Shown one piece after another: positions 1-12,900 of a stretch of DNA of 64,000 nt. This stretch comes from Raja brachyura. Taxonomy: Eukaryota. Under the pieces are notes generated by a model. It saw nothing but the letters and a program-made list of their open reading frames with translations. It was not told the DNA's origin and did not search any database. The translations under genes were made by a program, and so were the position numbers. Location: positions 29,264,001 through 29,328,000 of the forward strand of contig OY740807.1 of assembly GCA_963514005.1 (NCBI GenBank), read 5' to 3'. Within the stretch, counting starts at the first letter, position 1. Every line of letters starts with the position of its first letter.

Positions 1-776
1 GGAGCGAAGGAGATAGGCGACGTTTCGGGTCGAGACCCTTCTTCATTTAATGCCAGTGCTTTTCATCTGTAAGTTAATTGTTTGGGTGACCAGTAGTTAC
101 CATCCGTGATTTGGCAGAGGGATGGAGCGCTGTAATGACACCACTGGTGGAAAGATAAAAATAGAATGGCAAATTAACATGGGAATTTAGCAATATAAAC
201 TTGGTCAAATAAATAAAATGTTAAAAAATTAAAATAAAGGGGCAAAATTATACATTTTAACAGGGACTGACCCATGCAGAAGAACATTATCCCAGTGTAG
301 ATAGACACAAAGTGCTGAAATAACTCAGCAGGACAGAAGGAGAGAAGGAATGGCTGTCCTGAGTTACTCCAGCATTTTGTGTCTATCTTCAGTGTAAACC
401 AGCATCTGTGATGAATCCACTGCGTCTAAGGTTATTTGAATCACAATACTATTAGATTTTCCCTCTACAGAGAATTTCCTTTAATTCATGTTAGAGAAAT
501 TGGGAATTAATCAGGAATCAAAACAAAGATACAACGTTAATAACCTGGAAAAATGTTGAAACTAATAATATAAATCCATTCCCAAATAATGCCTTGCGGG
601 ATATTGCTGGCTTAAGAATATTACTGAACATTGAAGGATTCTTTTGATGGGGGCTGTCATTTCATGAACATCTCTGCTCATCCAGCACTGGGTTTGGGCG
701 CTCAAAATGAGCCTATAAGAGGATTTACATATCAAATACTGATTACAAATTGTTAATTATTCTGATTCATCTTCAG

Positions 777-983
777 GCCAGAGAAGTTTCCAACAAGATC
801 CTGAAAGCATCCATTGAAAGCATCGTTTCAGATTCTGAAAGAAGTGGATTATTTGCACAGTGGGGCCAGTGGATTACTCATGACATAAGTTTAACTCAAC
901 CATCCAACAATATCCAGGCCTTCAGCAATGGCATCAACTGTGCAACATCATGTGTTCAGAAAGCTCCTTGTTTCCCCATTAAG
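777..983 (+). CDS. Gene A exon (207 nt), distal His region AREVSNKIL...[12 protein letters not shown]...PCFPIK
   Basis: cttcag|gcc acceptor, aag|gtacag donor; same length as the paralogous gene B exon. Confidence 0.93.
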
Positions 984-3900
984 GTACAGAATTTATTTTC
1001 CATTATAGACAGCTGAATCCAAACAGGCGGTGCAGTGACGCAATGGTTGAGCTGCTGCCCTACAGCGCCAGAGACTCAGGATTCGATCCTGACTATGGGT
1101 GCCGTATGTGTGGGATTTGTACATTCTCCCTGTGGCCACGTGGATTTTCTCAAGGCTCTCCTTCTTCCTCCCACATTTTAAAGACGTGCTCGTTTGTAGG
1201 TTAATTTTCTTTTATAAGTTGCCTCTATTGTGAAGGGAGTGGATGCGACAGTGAGATAACATAGAAATCGTATACAGGTGATTGATGATCAGCGTGACCA
1301 GGTGGATCGAAGGCCCTGCTTCCATGCTGTAAGCAAAGATGTTCTTAAGTGAAACCTGTAGGAATTTCATTTAGTTCCACCACTGGTAACATGAATGCTT
1401 TGCAGTCTAATTAATGTTAGCTGTCCTAATTCTTACAAAAATAAAATGTTACAATGCGCCAACATAATTAGCAGCAGCAATTGGAAAGATCCTGGTAGAT
1501 CCTAGTGCAGAATTCAAGCCCACCCTTGGACAAGCTAGTCATGTTAGTCTCTTGTATCCCTTTTCTTGTCTTCTTCTCCAGTTGCTTCTTCATGTTGAAG
1601 AAGTGAGCATGTTGAAAGATTATACAAGCAAGTGCCGTGCTAGAACATGAATGAAAAAAAACAGACTGAGGGAAGAACTCAGTGGGTCGAGCGGCATCAA
1701 TAGAGGCCAAGAGATGATTGTAGTTTCGGGTCAAGTTCCCTGCATCAGGAGCGTAGAGGGGAGAGTGCCAGTACAGTATATAGAAGTGAGAGGGAGGGGT
1801 GAGGCAGAGACTGGAGGGTGATCAGTGGAATCAACTGAGGTGGGAAGGTGGGGGAGGAGGAGAGATGATAGCTAGATGGAGCCAGTGGGGGAGTGGGGAT
1901 CTTGAGATGGTGGCTGGCTGTTGTTAGGAGAAACAAGTTAAGGGAGGGATGCTGAGTAGAGCAAGTAAGAATGTTAACCACAACCGAAGGGCATGCATTT
2001 CCCATTGATAAATTAAATATTAATCTGGGTGCATTTAACACTGCCAGTGGTGTTATGTTTACCTACTGAATTGGGGAGTATGCCAGCATTGAACAAAGAC
2101 TGTGATCTGTGATCAAAAACTGTGATCTGTGATCTGTGATCAAAAACTGTGATCTGTTCCCGAAAGCACTCCAAGTCAATTTCCACAGCTGCTCGGTACA
2201 TCATCTTTTGTTCTGCTTACCACACAAATTGATTGGATCTTCCAAACACTGGCGAGTTGCCCGAGGTACATGATCGCATGTCTTCGGAATTCCGCGGTTT
2301 CTTCCAGTGTGCTCCCAGGCACAATCTCCCAACAGGTGGTTGAGTGAAGCCCTGTAAACAACCATGCCTGGGAGAAGCATCGCAGAACTCTGAGAAAGTA
2401 CTTTAGCAGTGGTGTTTTGTCCTTAAAGCATAGAACAGGATAGCACAGGAACAGGCCCTTCAGCCCACAATGTCTGTGCCAAACATGATGCCAAATTAAA
2501 CTATATCCTCTGTCTGGACGTGATCCATATCCCCCATGTATATCCATGTGCCTATCTAAAACCCTCTTAGATGCCACTATTGAATCTACCTCCACCAAAG
2601 GACAAGGGACATTTTTTGTCACATACACCAATTGGTGCAGTGAAATTTGAGTTACCATGCAGCACACAAATAAGTTAAACCCCACTCTATAGAATTTAAC
2701 ATAAAACATCACCCACAGCGGAATCAACGTTTCCCACTGTAAGGGATGTTAACAGAGTTCAGTCCTCTTATTCACCCGTGGTCAGGGCCAATTGAGGCCT
2801 CCGCAGTCGCCGCAACGGCGGCCCAATGTTTCAGGCCCTCTCGCCAGGATGGTGCAACTCCGACATCGGAACGACACTCTCAGTGGCTTGGAGTTTCCGA
2901 AGCGGCCGCTTCCTACCAGACACCGCGGCTTCCGAAGTCTGCAGGCCAAGCTGGGCAGAGCTCCAACACTGGCGATCCTCAGCGAAGGATCCCAGGGCTC
3001 CGCGATGTTTGAGTCAGCGCCGCCCGCGGCTGGAAGTGCCGCAGACCACAGCTCCACGGTGTGCAAGTCGGCAGTCCCTCCGGAGCTCCACACGGCGATC
3101 ACGGTAAGGCATCGCCTGCTCCGCGATGGAATTCGGTGCTGCGCCGCCGCTGAAGCTCTGAACAGTCTCCGGCAGGAAAGGCCGCGCCAATCCAGATGGT
3201 AGGCCGCGAGGAGGGGGCGAAGATGCGGCTCGGAGAAAAGACGCAGGTAGTGACTAAGTTTCCCCCTTCCTCGCCCCCCCCCCCCCCCACACATAAAAAA
3301 GACTAAAAGACCTCCAAAAACAAACTTTTAGACTAAAAATAACAAAAAGGATGAAATGACAGACAGCTGCTGGCGAGGCTGCCACACTCGATAGTGCCAC
3401 CATTTGCGGATGGTGCAAGATGGTGCCACTTGCACCATCACCCCTGGCAGCACGTTCGAGGCACCCACCACCGTCTGTGTAAAGTAAAACTTTTCCTGCA
3501 CATCTCCTTTAAGCTTTGCCCCCTTCACCTTAAACCCATGCCCTCTAGTCTTTGACATTTCCACCCTAGAAAAAGGGTTCTGACTGTCTACTCTATCTGT
3601 GCCTCTCATAGTTTTACATGCCTCTTAACATTAAATGCCTCTTAACATGGATATTAAATATCATAGATATGTACAATGCTCAGTCTATTGATCCTGAGCT
3701 TTGCTTGCAAGCCACCTAATGTGAATCAAACACATAAACCTGGAGGCAATTAAAAAAAAACCTGAGCTGAATAACTGAGCCCAGACATTCAGGCAAAACC
3801 TTTGCAAGAATGTATAAGAAGGAACTGCAGATGCTGTTTATACACCGAAGGTGGACACAAAATGCTGGAGTAACTCAGCGGGGCTGAAGAAAGGTCTCGA

Positions 3901-6900
3901 CCCAAAACATCGCCCATTCCTTCTCTCCAGAGGCGCTGCCTGTCCCACTGAGTTACTCCACCATTTTGTGTGAACCTGGCCCTGATGCGCCCCCTGCAGA
4001 TCAGCTCGCTCAGCTGCAAGCTGCCTTGTGGATCAGTGCCGGGAGCACCTACTTACTGGGATACTCGGATCTCAGCGCTCCAATGCTCCGGGATGCTGCT
4101 TGTAGGTCAAGCAAATTCAATCCCTCCCTCTTCCCTACTCCAATAGTTTCAATAAGAGAAACCCAGAGGTATCGGTTGAAGATATGCTCCTTTGTGATGA
4201 ATTTAATTTGGAGCTGCCGTACATTCTGATGAATTGTTAATAGAAAAATTAAATCAGTCTTTGAAATCTTTTTTCGTATTTGCCAGAGCCTTTTATTCTT
4301 AATAGAAATCACATTATGATCCTCTTTCACATAGTGAGAACACCGTGTATACATTTGGGGAATCCAATGAATATATTAGAAGAATATCCAGGTCACAGGA
4401 CTTAAAACTGTTCTGGGAAAGTCAGGAAACAACCCATGGAGTCTTCATCTATTATATTAGAAACATAGAAACATAGAAAATTGGTGCAGCAGTAGGCCAT
4501 TCAGCCCTTTGAGCCAGCATCTCCATTCAATATGATCATGGCTGATCATCCAAAATTAGTACCCTATTCCTGCTTTGTCCCCATATCCCTTGGTTCAATA
4601 AGCTTTAAGAACTATATCTAACTCTCTTAAAAACATCCAGTGAATTGGCCTCCACTGCCTTCTGTGGCAAAGAATTCCGCAGATTCACAACTCTCTGGGT
4701 GAAAACGTTTTTTCCTCCTCTCAGTCCCAAATGGGCTACCCCTTATTCTTAAACTGTGACCACTGGTTCTGGACTCCCCCAACATCGGGATCATTTTTCC
4801 TGCATCTACCCTGTCCAATCCCTTAAGAATTTTATATGTTTCTTTAAGGGGTTGTCCCACTGCGGCGACCTAATCTGTGAGTTTAGAAGAGTTTTCCCTC
4901 GACTCAAACTCGTAGCATGGTCGACCTGTGGTCCTATGAGGTCACTGGAACTCTTCTTCATGCTCAAGGGAAGGTCCCGCATACTCACGGCCTCAGTTTG
5001 GTTGTAAATTTTCCGCTAGTAAAAATTGGTCAGCATGGTTCTTTTGAACTCATAGAGCAGTGGAGTGGGGTTGCTATGTCGTTATACGCAGTCGAGGGCA
5101 GCTGTAGGCAAGCTCCTTCGCTGACCAGGCATTTTAATTGGCTCATTGTCGTTTTCAGGACCAAGGAAAACCGACCGGTAATGTAAAATGCCCGCTAAAC
5201 TTTATTATGTTGTATGGCTTCTTAAAAGTGTCTCTCCCCCCCCCTTCTCCCCCCTTCTCTCTCCGCCCCCCCCCCCCCCCCCCCCCCCGCGCACTCTCTA
5301 GAGGACTTACCGTACACTGTGCAGCCGTCTTTTACATTCCTATTCATCGCGGGTGTGAATTTCAGACAGTGCTCCCCCGCTTTCCCTGGCCCCCGGCTTT
5401 GTTGTGTGTGTGTGTGCGTGCGGTCGGTCGATCCAGCTCACGGTTTCATCGCTGACGGTCGATCCAGCTTGAGGTTTTTCAGGCGAGTGCCCTCGAGCTT
5501 GAAGGTCGAAGACAGTCGCTGAAAGGTCGCGTTAGTGGGACAGGCCCTTTAAGTTCCCCTCTCATCCTTCTAAATTCCAGTGAATACAAGCCCAGTCGAT
5601 CCATTCTTTCATCATATGTCAGTCCCGCCATACCGGGAATTAGCCTGGTGAACCTATGCTGCACTCACTCAGTAGCAAGAATGTCTTTCCTCAAATTAGG
5701 AGACCAAAATTGCACAAAATACTCCAAGTTTCATCTCACCAGGACCCTGTACAACTGCAGTAGGATTTCCTTGTTCCTATATTCAAATTATTTCGCTATG
5801 AAGCCCAGCATGCCATTTGCTTTCCACACTGCCTGCTGTACCTGCATGTTTACTTTCAGTGACTGATGTACAAGGACACCCAGGTCTCAATGCAACTCCC
5901 CTTTTCCTAATCTGACACTTCAGATAATAATCTGCCTTTTTGTTCTTGCCACCAAAGTGGATAACCTCACATTTATCCACATTATACTGCATTTTATTAA
6001 AAACAATTGCTGTGATAATTTGCCCCTTGTAGCTCTTGATATTGGCAATGGAAGGAATGAATAACAATGTAAAATATAGAGTGACATTAAGGGCAATACC
6101 TATAGTGCAAAGTCATATGTCCTTTTAACTTGCACGTGTATTAATGCTGTCTCATCTTGCACCTGCTATCTTGGACCTTGAGAGAATAGTGCCTGACAAG
6201 ATTATGCAGTTAATTTTCCCCTTCTTGCTTCCATTCCCCGCCTTTACTGCTCCCTCAAACATTGTGAAATCTCTTCAATGTTAATTTACTCTCAGCCCTA
6301 GGGCAACCACTCCATGTATTTTCCACTATCCACAGACGGTAATTCAATATGCACTGTGGCCACTTTGAGATCTAAAAACCAGAACGATTGCAAATTAATG
6401 CAGGTGTACACTGATAGGTGTCAGTTGACAAGCACAAATTCTAGCAACACATGAGAGAAACGCACATCTTAAACAGTGTTACGGTGGTCAGCTGCTTTTT
6501 GAAAAAATGTCCAATTTAATTTAAATGTGAATCATTTCTGTGCACAGGGCTCTGTCCTATAATTAACTCTAATTCTCTTCCCACAGATGCACCTGACCTA
6601 CTTAGTATTCCAGCATTTTGTTATTATTTTAAATTGTACATTAAAACCATTCCAGAGACACTTCAATAGTAAACAGCTCATGCATTCATTAAACTGCTCC
6701 CCTACCCTGATCTATCACCCCTTCCCTTGTTGTTCATCCTCAGGTAACTTGTGATGACCTTCAGGCTACAGACAGTCGACGGTGCCTTCCATTCACCCGT
6801 TCGGCTCTCACATGCCGCTTGGGATTTGGGAACAGGAATGGATGTGAGCAGATCAATGCACACACAGCTTACATCGACGCCAGCAATGTTTACGGCAGCA

Positions 6901-9900
6901 CAGAAAACCAGGCAAAGAAACTCAGAAATTTCACCAATCAACTGGGCCTGTTGAAAGTCAACCCAACCTTTTCAGACCACAACCTGCAATATTTGCCTTT
7001 CAGAAATGTTAGCCAGCCAAATGTTTATCCAATGGCCTACAACAAGTCCTTATGCCCCAGTATTAATATTCCCTGTATGCATGCTGGTAAGAAATTGTTG
7101 ATGGTGATGTAGAATAAATATAACACCGTCCTAGTGTTCAAGTTATTGAATATCATGCACACTGTCCTCTGAGCCATCATTAAGCCTGCTAAAGGGATTG
7201 TCCCACTTTTACGACCTCTGCAGAGTTTGCCCTTAACTCATACTCGCAGCATGGTCGTCACGAGGTCGTAGGAGGTCGTAGGTAGGTCGTAGCAGGTCGT
7301 GATACTAGTCGTAGGTACTCGCGGCATCAAGTAGGTCGGGGTGTTTTTTCAACATGATGAAAAATGTCCACGAGTAAAAAAGGTTGTGAATTAGATGGTG
7401 AAAGTGGGACAGGGCCTTAATGTGAATACTGCATATTTATTTTTTATTTTTTTAAATATTTTTATTAGAAGCATGTATACAAATAATAGTACGTGACAAT
7501 GTAATTACAGAGTTCTTACATAGCTTCATTTTTTTTGATTTTTTTTTAAAGAATAAAGATAAAGAGAGAAAAAGATAAGAGAAACTATAATCTAATAAAG
7601 AGAAAAAGAGGACGAAAAAAGAAATTAAAAATAACAAAATTGTGGAGATAGATCCAGGAGATGTTAAGTGTAACTATTCATCCAATCCCAAACTCAGGCT
7701 TCAATGCTGATCTTGTGTTAAACCAATTTACTTTTTCAAGAATTCAATAAATGGAGACCATATTCTAACAAATAATTCTGGTTTGTCAATTAAGACAAAT
7801 CTTATTTTTTCCAAATGTAAGGTGTCGGTCATTTCCGTAATCCACATTTTAATTGTGGGGGCTGCTGTTTTTTCCCAAAATGTAAGTATTAATTTTTTCA
7901 CAGTTATTAGACTGTAATCAAGAAAGTGTCTCTGTACTGCACATTTAGACCACTGGATCAAATCTGAGAATCTCTGCCTTTCTGATCAATCAGGCCATTT
8001 ACCTGGTATACATTCCTCGAACCACCTCTGCTTTAACTAGTTATTTAGAGATTCATTTTGCCTTATTTGTTCACTCCTATTTGGTAATTGCAGATCCTCG
8101 GACTATTAATCGTAGCATAAATTCACTCACCCATACATTTTGACCTCACGTTTTCATCCTTGTGTAAATAATGCAATTATCCCATCAATCCTAGGCGATG
8201 GCCGAGCAAATGAAAATTTGGGACTGTTGGCATTCCATACGATATTTCTACGGGAACATAATCGTTTAGCGAGGGAGCTGAAGAGACTGAATCCACACTG
8301 GAGTGGAGAAACCATCTATCAGGAGGCGAGGAAAATCATTGGAGCTTTTCATCAGGTGAAGGCAAATTGGAGCATAACTGGAAATGATGCGAGGTTTTGT
8401 CAACCAGGTTTCCAAAGTTCATTCAGTTCTGGACATTTCTAATCTGTCTGGAGCTACCACAGATTAATTGATAAAGATTGACTTCCAGGATCATTTCTGT
8501 TATATCATGGAACCAGCAGGTTAGAGAAAGAGAAAAAGCAAACCTTTATCCACCTAACAGTTTCTGTATTACTGTATCTCCTGTGTTATTGTAAATGTGG
8601 GACTGTACACACGTGGCAATCTGCACCTCTTTGCATGTGTCTAAGCAGTTCCTTATCATACCTTTCAATAGTGACTTTGCATCCAAATTATAAAATTAAG
8701 TAACTTTATGGATGCTGGGAGATTGGCTTAGGGAGCATTGAAATAACTCTGGCTGGAGGTGACAATAAAAGCACAAATTCAGATTCCATTATTGAGTAGA
8801 TGAGGCAAGGACAGAGGCCGACTGTGTGAAATATAATCTCTCCTTATAAGTGGCAAAATATGAATTGGAAATCCAGCTCTGGTTAAGATATACATATTAC
8901 TGATTTTCTTTCATCTGAGACAGTAAGTGGGACAGAGAATGGGACCTGTGGCAAGGCTACCAGGTTTGTGATGGGTTCAAAGATGATTGTTTGGATTAGG
9001 TGAAAGAAAAGCAGGAGACATTCCTGTTACATCCCTGTACCCAGTCCATGCTCCTGCAGAGGAAGTCTATTTCGGAAAGTAGAGTAATGGAATGACAATC
9101 AGAAAAGAAAGTGAGAGAAATATTTTAAAAGCCATTTGGACAGATTCATGTATAGGAAATATTTAGAGGGATATGGCAAACCTAGGCAGGTGGGAGTAAC
9201 ACAGATGGAGCATCTTGTTTGTTGTGGGCAAATTGGGCCAAAGGTCTGTTTCTATACTGTCTGACTCCATGACTAAATAATGGAGGAGAATTAAGGAGTG
9301 TGAATCAACAATTAAAACAATATATAACAAATGTTTAATAATTCCTTTTTGCTTTTTCTCCAACAGATTATAACCTACAGGGATTATATTCCGCGGGTAA
9401 TTGGAAAGCATGCAACGAGGAAGTACTTATCCGAATATCAAGGCTACAATGAATCTGCCGATCCCAGGCTTGCTAATGTTTTTGCTACAGCTGCCATGCG
9501 CTTTGGGCATGTTACTGTGCAACCAGTGGTGAAACGTTTCAATGAAATGTACCAGGAGGACCCAAAATATCCCAGCAAATTCCTGCATGATACTTACTTT
9601 ACTCCGAGGAATCTAATCGAGGAAGGTCTGTAATATAATTATTATTCCATGTGCAAATAACAGCAGCCAAGTTAAATTATTGCTGCACTTTGGTGTTCAG
9701 TAATTGTGTTAGAGTGGGATCGGTCATAGAACAACTTTCTAAGTTATGCTTCCAAATTCCCAAACAGATACAAATAAGATCAACTACAGGAACTAATGGC
9801 TTTTGTACTTTCACATCAATGGCCTAGGTCTACCACGAGTTTGGTGCAGAGGTTGTTTCCACCATGTCTCATCAAATACTCATTATTGAGATATAGAATA

Positions 9901-12900
9901 AGGGGCAGCTGTAAGGGTGGCATGTGGCACAGCGGTAGAGTTGCTGCCTTACAGCGCCAGAGACCCTGGTTCGATCCTGACCATAGGTGCTGTGTGTACA
10001 GAGTTTGTATGTTCTCCCCGTGTGTACGTGGGTTTTCCCTGGGTGCTCTGGTTTCTTCACACAGTCCAAAGATGTACAGGTTTGCAGGTTAATTCGCTTT
10101 GGTAAAGATTGTAAATTGTTCCTAGTGTGTAAGATAGTGCTAGTGTATGGGGATCGCTGGTGGGCCGAAGGGCCTGTTTTCGCACTGTATCTCTAAACTA
10201 ATTAATTTGAAATGTCTGTAGGAAAGTGCAAGATCAAGACTATGTCATAATGGATGTTTGCTCTAATTTTAGTAGAAGACACCTTGTATGGGTGTAGTTA
10301 TAACTATACACAATATAGTTAGGTTCACATTCAAATGTACATTTCCTTTACATGCACTAAGTAGCCTTCTCACGAACTACATCAAACAACTATTTTTGGC
10401 TTAATATTTAAATGTACTGCCTTAATCGGAATGTACTTTACTCACACAACATCTGTAGCAAGTAATTACATTTCTTTATCAACTCGAGTCCCTCAACTCG
10501 ACTTCTCATAAAATAAAGATCAAACTTCAAACTGGTAAGTTCTCGCTTAATCTTACTATTTTCTTCCCCTTTAATTTATACCTGTAACTCCAAATCCACA
10601 ATTGCTCCACCTATCCATTATCCCACTATTTAATCCGACTGGATGACATGTGTTCTGAATTTTGTTGCTACACCTATTATGTGGCACCTTATCAACAGCT
10701 TCTGAAAGCCAATGCATATCACCTCGACTTTATCACCCTCATTGGCACTCTCATAAGTTAATAAGTGATAGGATCAGAATTAGGCCATTTGGCCCATCAA
10801 GTCTACTCCACCATTCAAATTATAGCTGATCCGTCTCTCTTTCCTAACTTCCTAACTCCATTCTTCTGCCTTTTCCCCATAACACCTGACACCCATACTA
10901 ATCAAGAATCTATCTATGCCTGCCTTAAAAAGGTTTAATTAGTAACCATTTAATTTCCTTCTGTACCTCAACTCAATACCCTAGGAAGTCTCCCATACTC
11001 TCTTGGTGACTTACCTACAATGAGTTATTTACATTTTTCTAATAATTCCGTGCCATTTAAAAAAAAAATCTGATTTACAATCCCATTTTCATTTAAATTT
11101 AATCAGGCATTAAATGTAAACATAAATAGCTGTTGTTTGTTGTTGTTTAGGAGGTATTGATCCAATCATCCGCGGTTTATTTGGTTACCCGGCCAAATTG
11201 CAGACCCAAGATGCAATGATGACAGATGAGCTGAGGGAGAAGCTGGTTGTATCAGAGCATGAGATGAATCAGGACCTATCTGCCATTAACATACAGCGAT
11301 CCAGGGACCATGGGCTCCAAGGTAATAGAAGATGGTTTCAGTGAAGGTCCTGACTTACTGATTCAGCTCCCTCAGCCCAATCAGTCACTAGGTGTCGATA
11401 ACTATTTTGCCACTCTGTGACTTATCCATTTGTTTAAAAAAAAATAGATGATGAATCATACAGGATGCTATATTACATAGGCTCAATTTGCAAATTCTCA
11501 GATTGCACAATTGTTGATGCTCTTTATTTTCTTGCACTTATCTTTTTTTTGTTTATCTTAACTGATGAGGAAACAATTAACCTCCATCTCCCAACCCCAA
11601 ATCCAGGTTACAATGCATGGCGAAAGTTCTGTGGACTATCTGAACCCCGTGGTCTCTTTGATCTTTCATTCATCCTCAAGAATATGGAACTTGCATCTAA
11701 TCTCCTCGAATTATATGGAACGCCAGAGAACATTGACGTGTGGGTCGGGGGAATCTCTGAACCCTTTGAGGAAGGTGGCAGGGTGGGCCCATTGTTTAGC
11801 TGCTTGATAGGACGACAGTTCAAGAACCTCAGAGATGGAGACAGGTAACAAATGCATTGTGATTTTAATTACAAACCTGTTGTGGAAACTGAATCTATCC
11901 AATCCAATGACTCGATCGGTTATACAGGTCCACCACTGGTTTTCCGGCACACTTGGTTCCAGCGCATTGCTGTATTACCCGCTTTGCTGGACCAACAGAG
12001 GCCCACAAAGTCAGCCGCTATGGGAACAGATCTGCCGGCTCCGACCGGGTCAAGTCCAGAGCCCCCGCAGCAGGGGGCAAATCCAACTCACCGATCGGCC
12101 ACGAAAGTCCCGATGAGGTTGAGATCGGTCACCTCACCCAGCCTAGGTACTACAAAATCAGGGTGACTTCTAGGGAGGGGGTTTTAAAGTGCGTTCTTGT
12201 AATTTTGTCCGGATTAAAGAAGGTGCTAGCCCACATTACTGGAAAATCGGTGGTGGTCCTGCAATTTTACTTCGCTCATCTTATTCACAATAAAGATGAT
12301 CACAATACAGTTTTAAACAGTATTAAACACAATACAGGTCACTCTTACTGCAGTCGGCAAAAACAAGTACACAAGATAGAAGAAACTACAGGAAAGTAAG
12401 AGGGTGTAAGGAGGGTATTATTTAAAATTGGGGAATTTAATGTTCATACCATTGGATTGTAAGAAGGAACTGCAGATGCTGGTTTAAACCCGAAGATAGA
12501 CACAAAAAGCTGGAGTAACTCAGCAGGACATGCAGCATCTCTGGAGAGAAGGAATGGGTCAAGTTTTGGTTTGAGAATGGTCTCGTTCCTCCCATTTGCA
12601 TGTGGCCTGGCAATGGAGGAGGCCCAAGACAGAAAGGTCATTATGGGGATATCTCTTCCTCTTTCTTCACAGTTCTTTGGCGACATAAGTCCTTGCTCAC
12701 AAGGCTTTTCCCATACCCTTTTTCTAGGAGTAAGCAGCTCCATGTTCAAATCACGAGAAAACAAGTACATAGCAATGTGTAGGGTTCTGTTTCTGGGCGC
12801 TTGAAGTAGCAATAGGGTTGTGCAGGTCAGTTTTCAAAACCTGATGGTTGTCGGAAAGGAGCTGTTTCTGAACCTGATGGTATTAGACGTCAGAATTCTG

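Noticed and set aside
2176-3294. Overlapping 90-180 aa ORFs on both strands
   Set aside because: They lie in GC-rich repeat or CR1 sequence and show no recognisable domains or splice structure.
9918-9985. tRNA gene
   Set aside because: The A/B boxes belong to the SINE head and continue into the SINE body; no complete cloverleaf is present.
11852-12399. 104-148 aa ORFs just after the gene A exon ending at 11844
   Set aside because: They are intronic, probably a DNA-transposon remnant, and contain no protein motifs.
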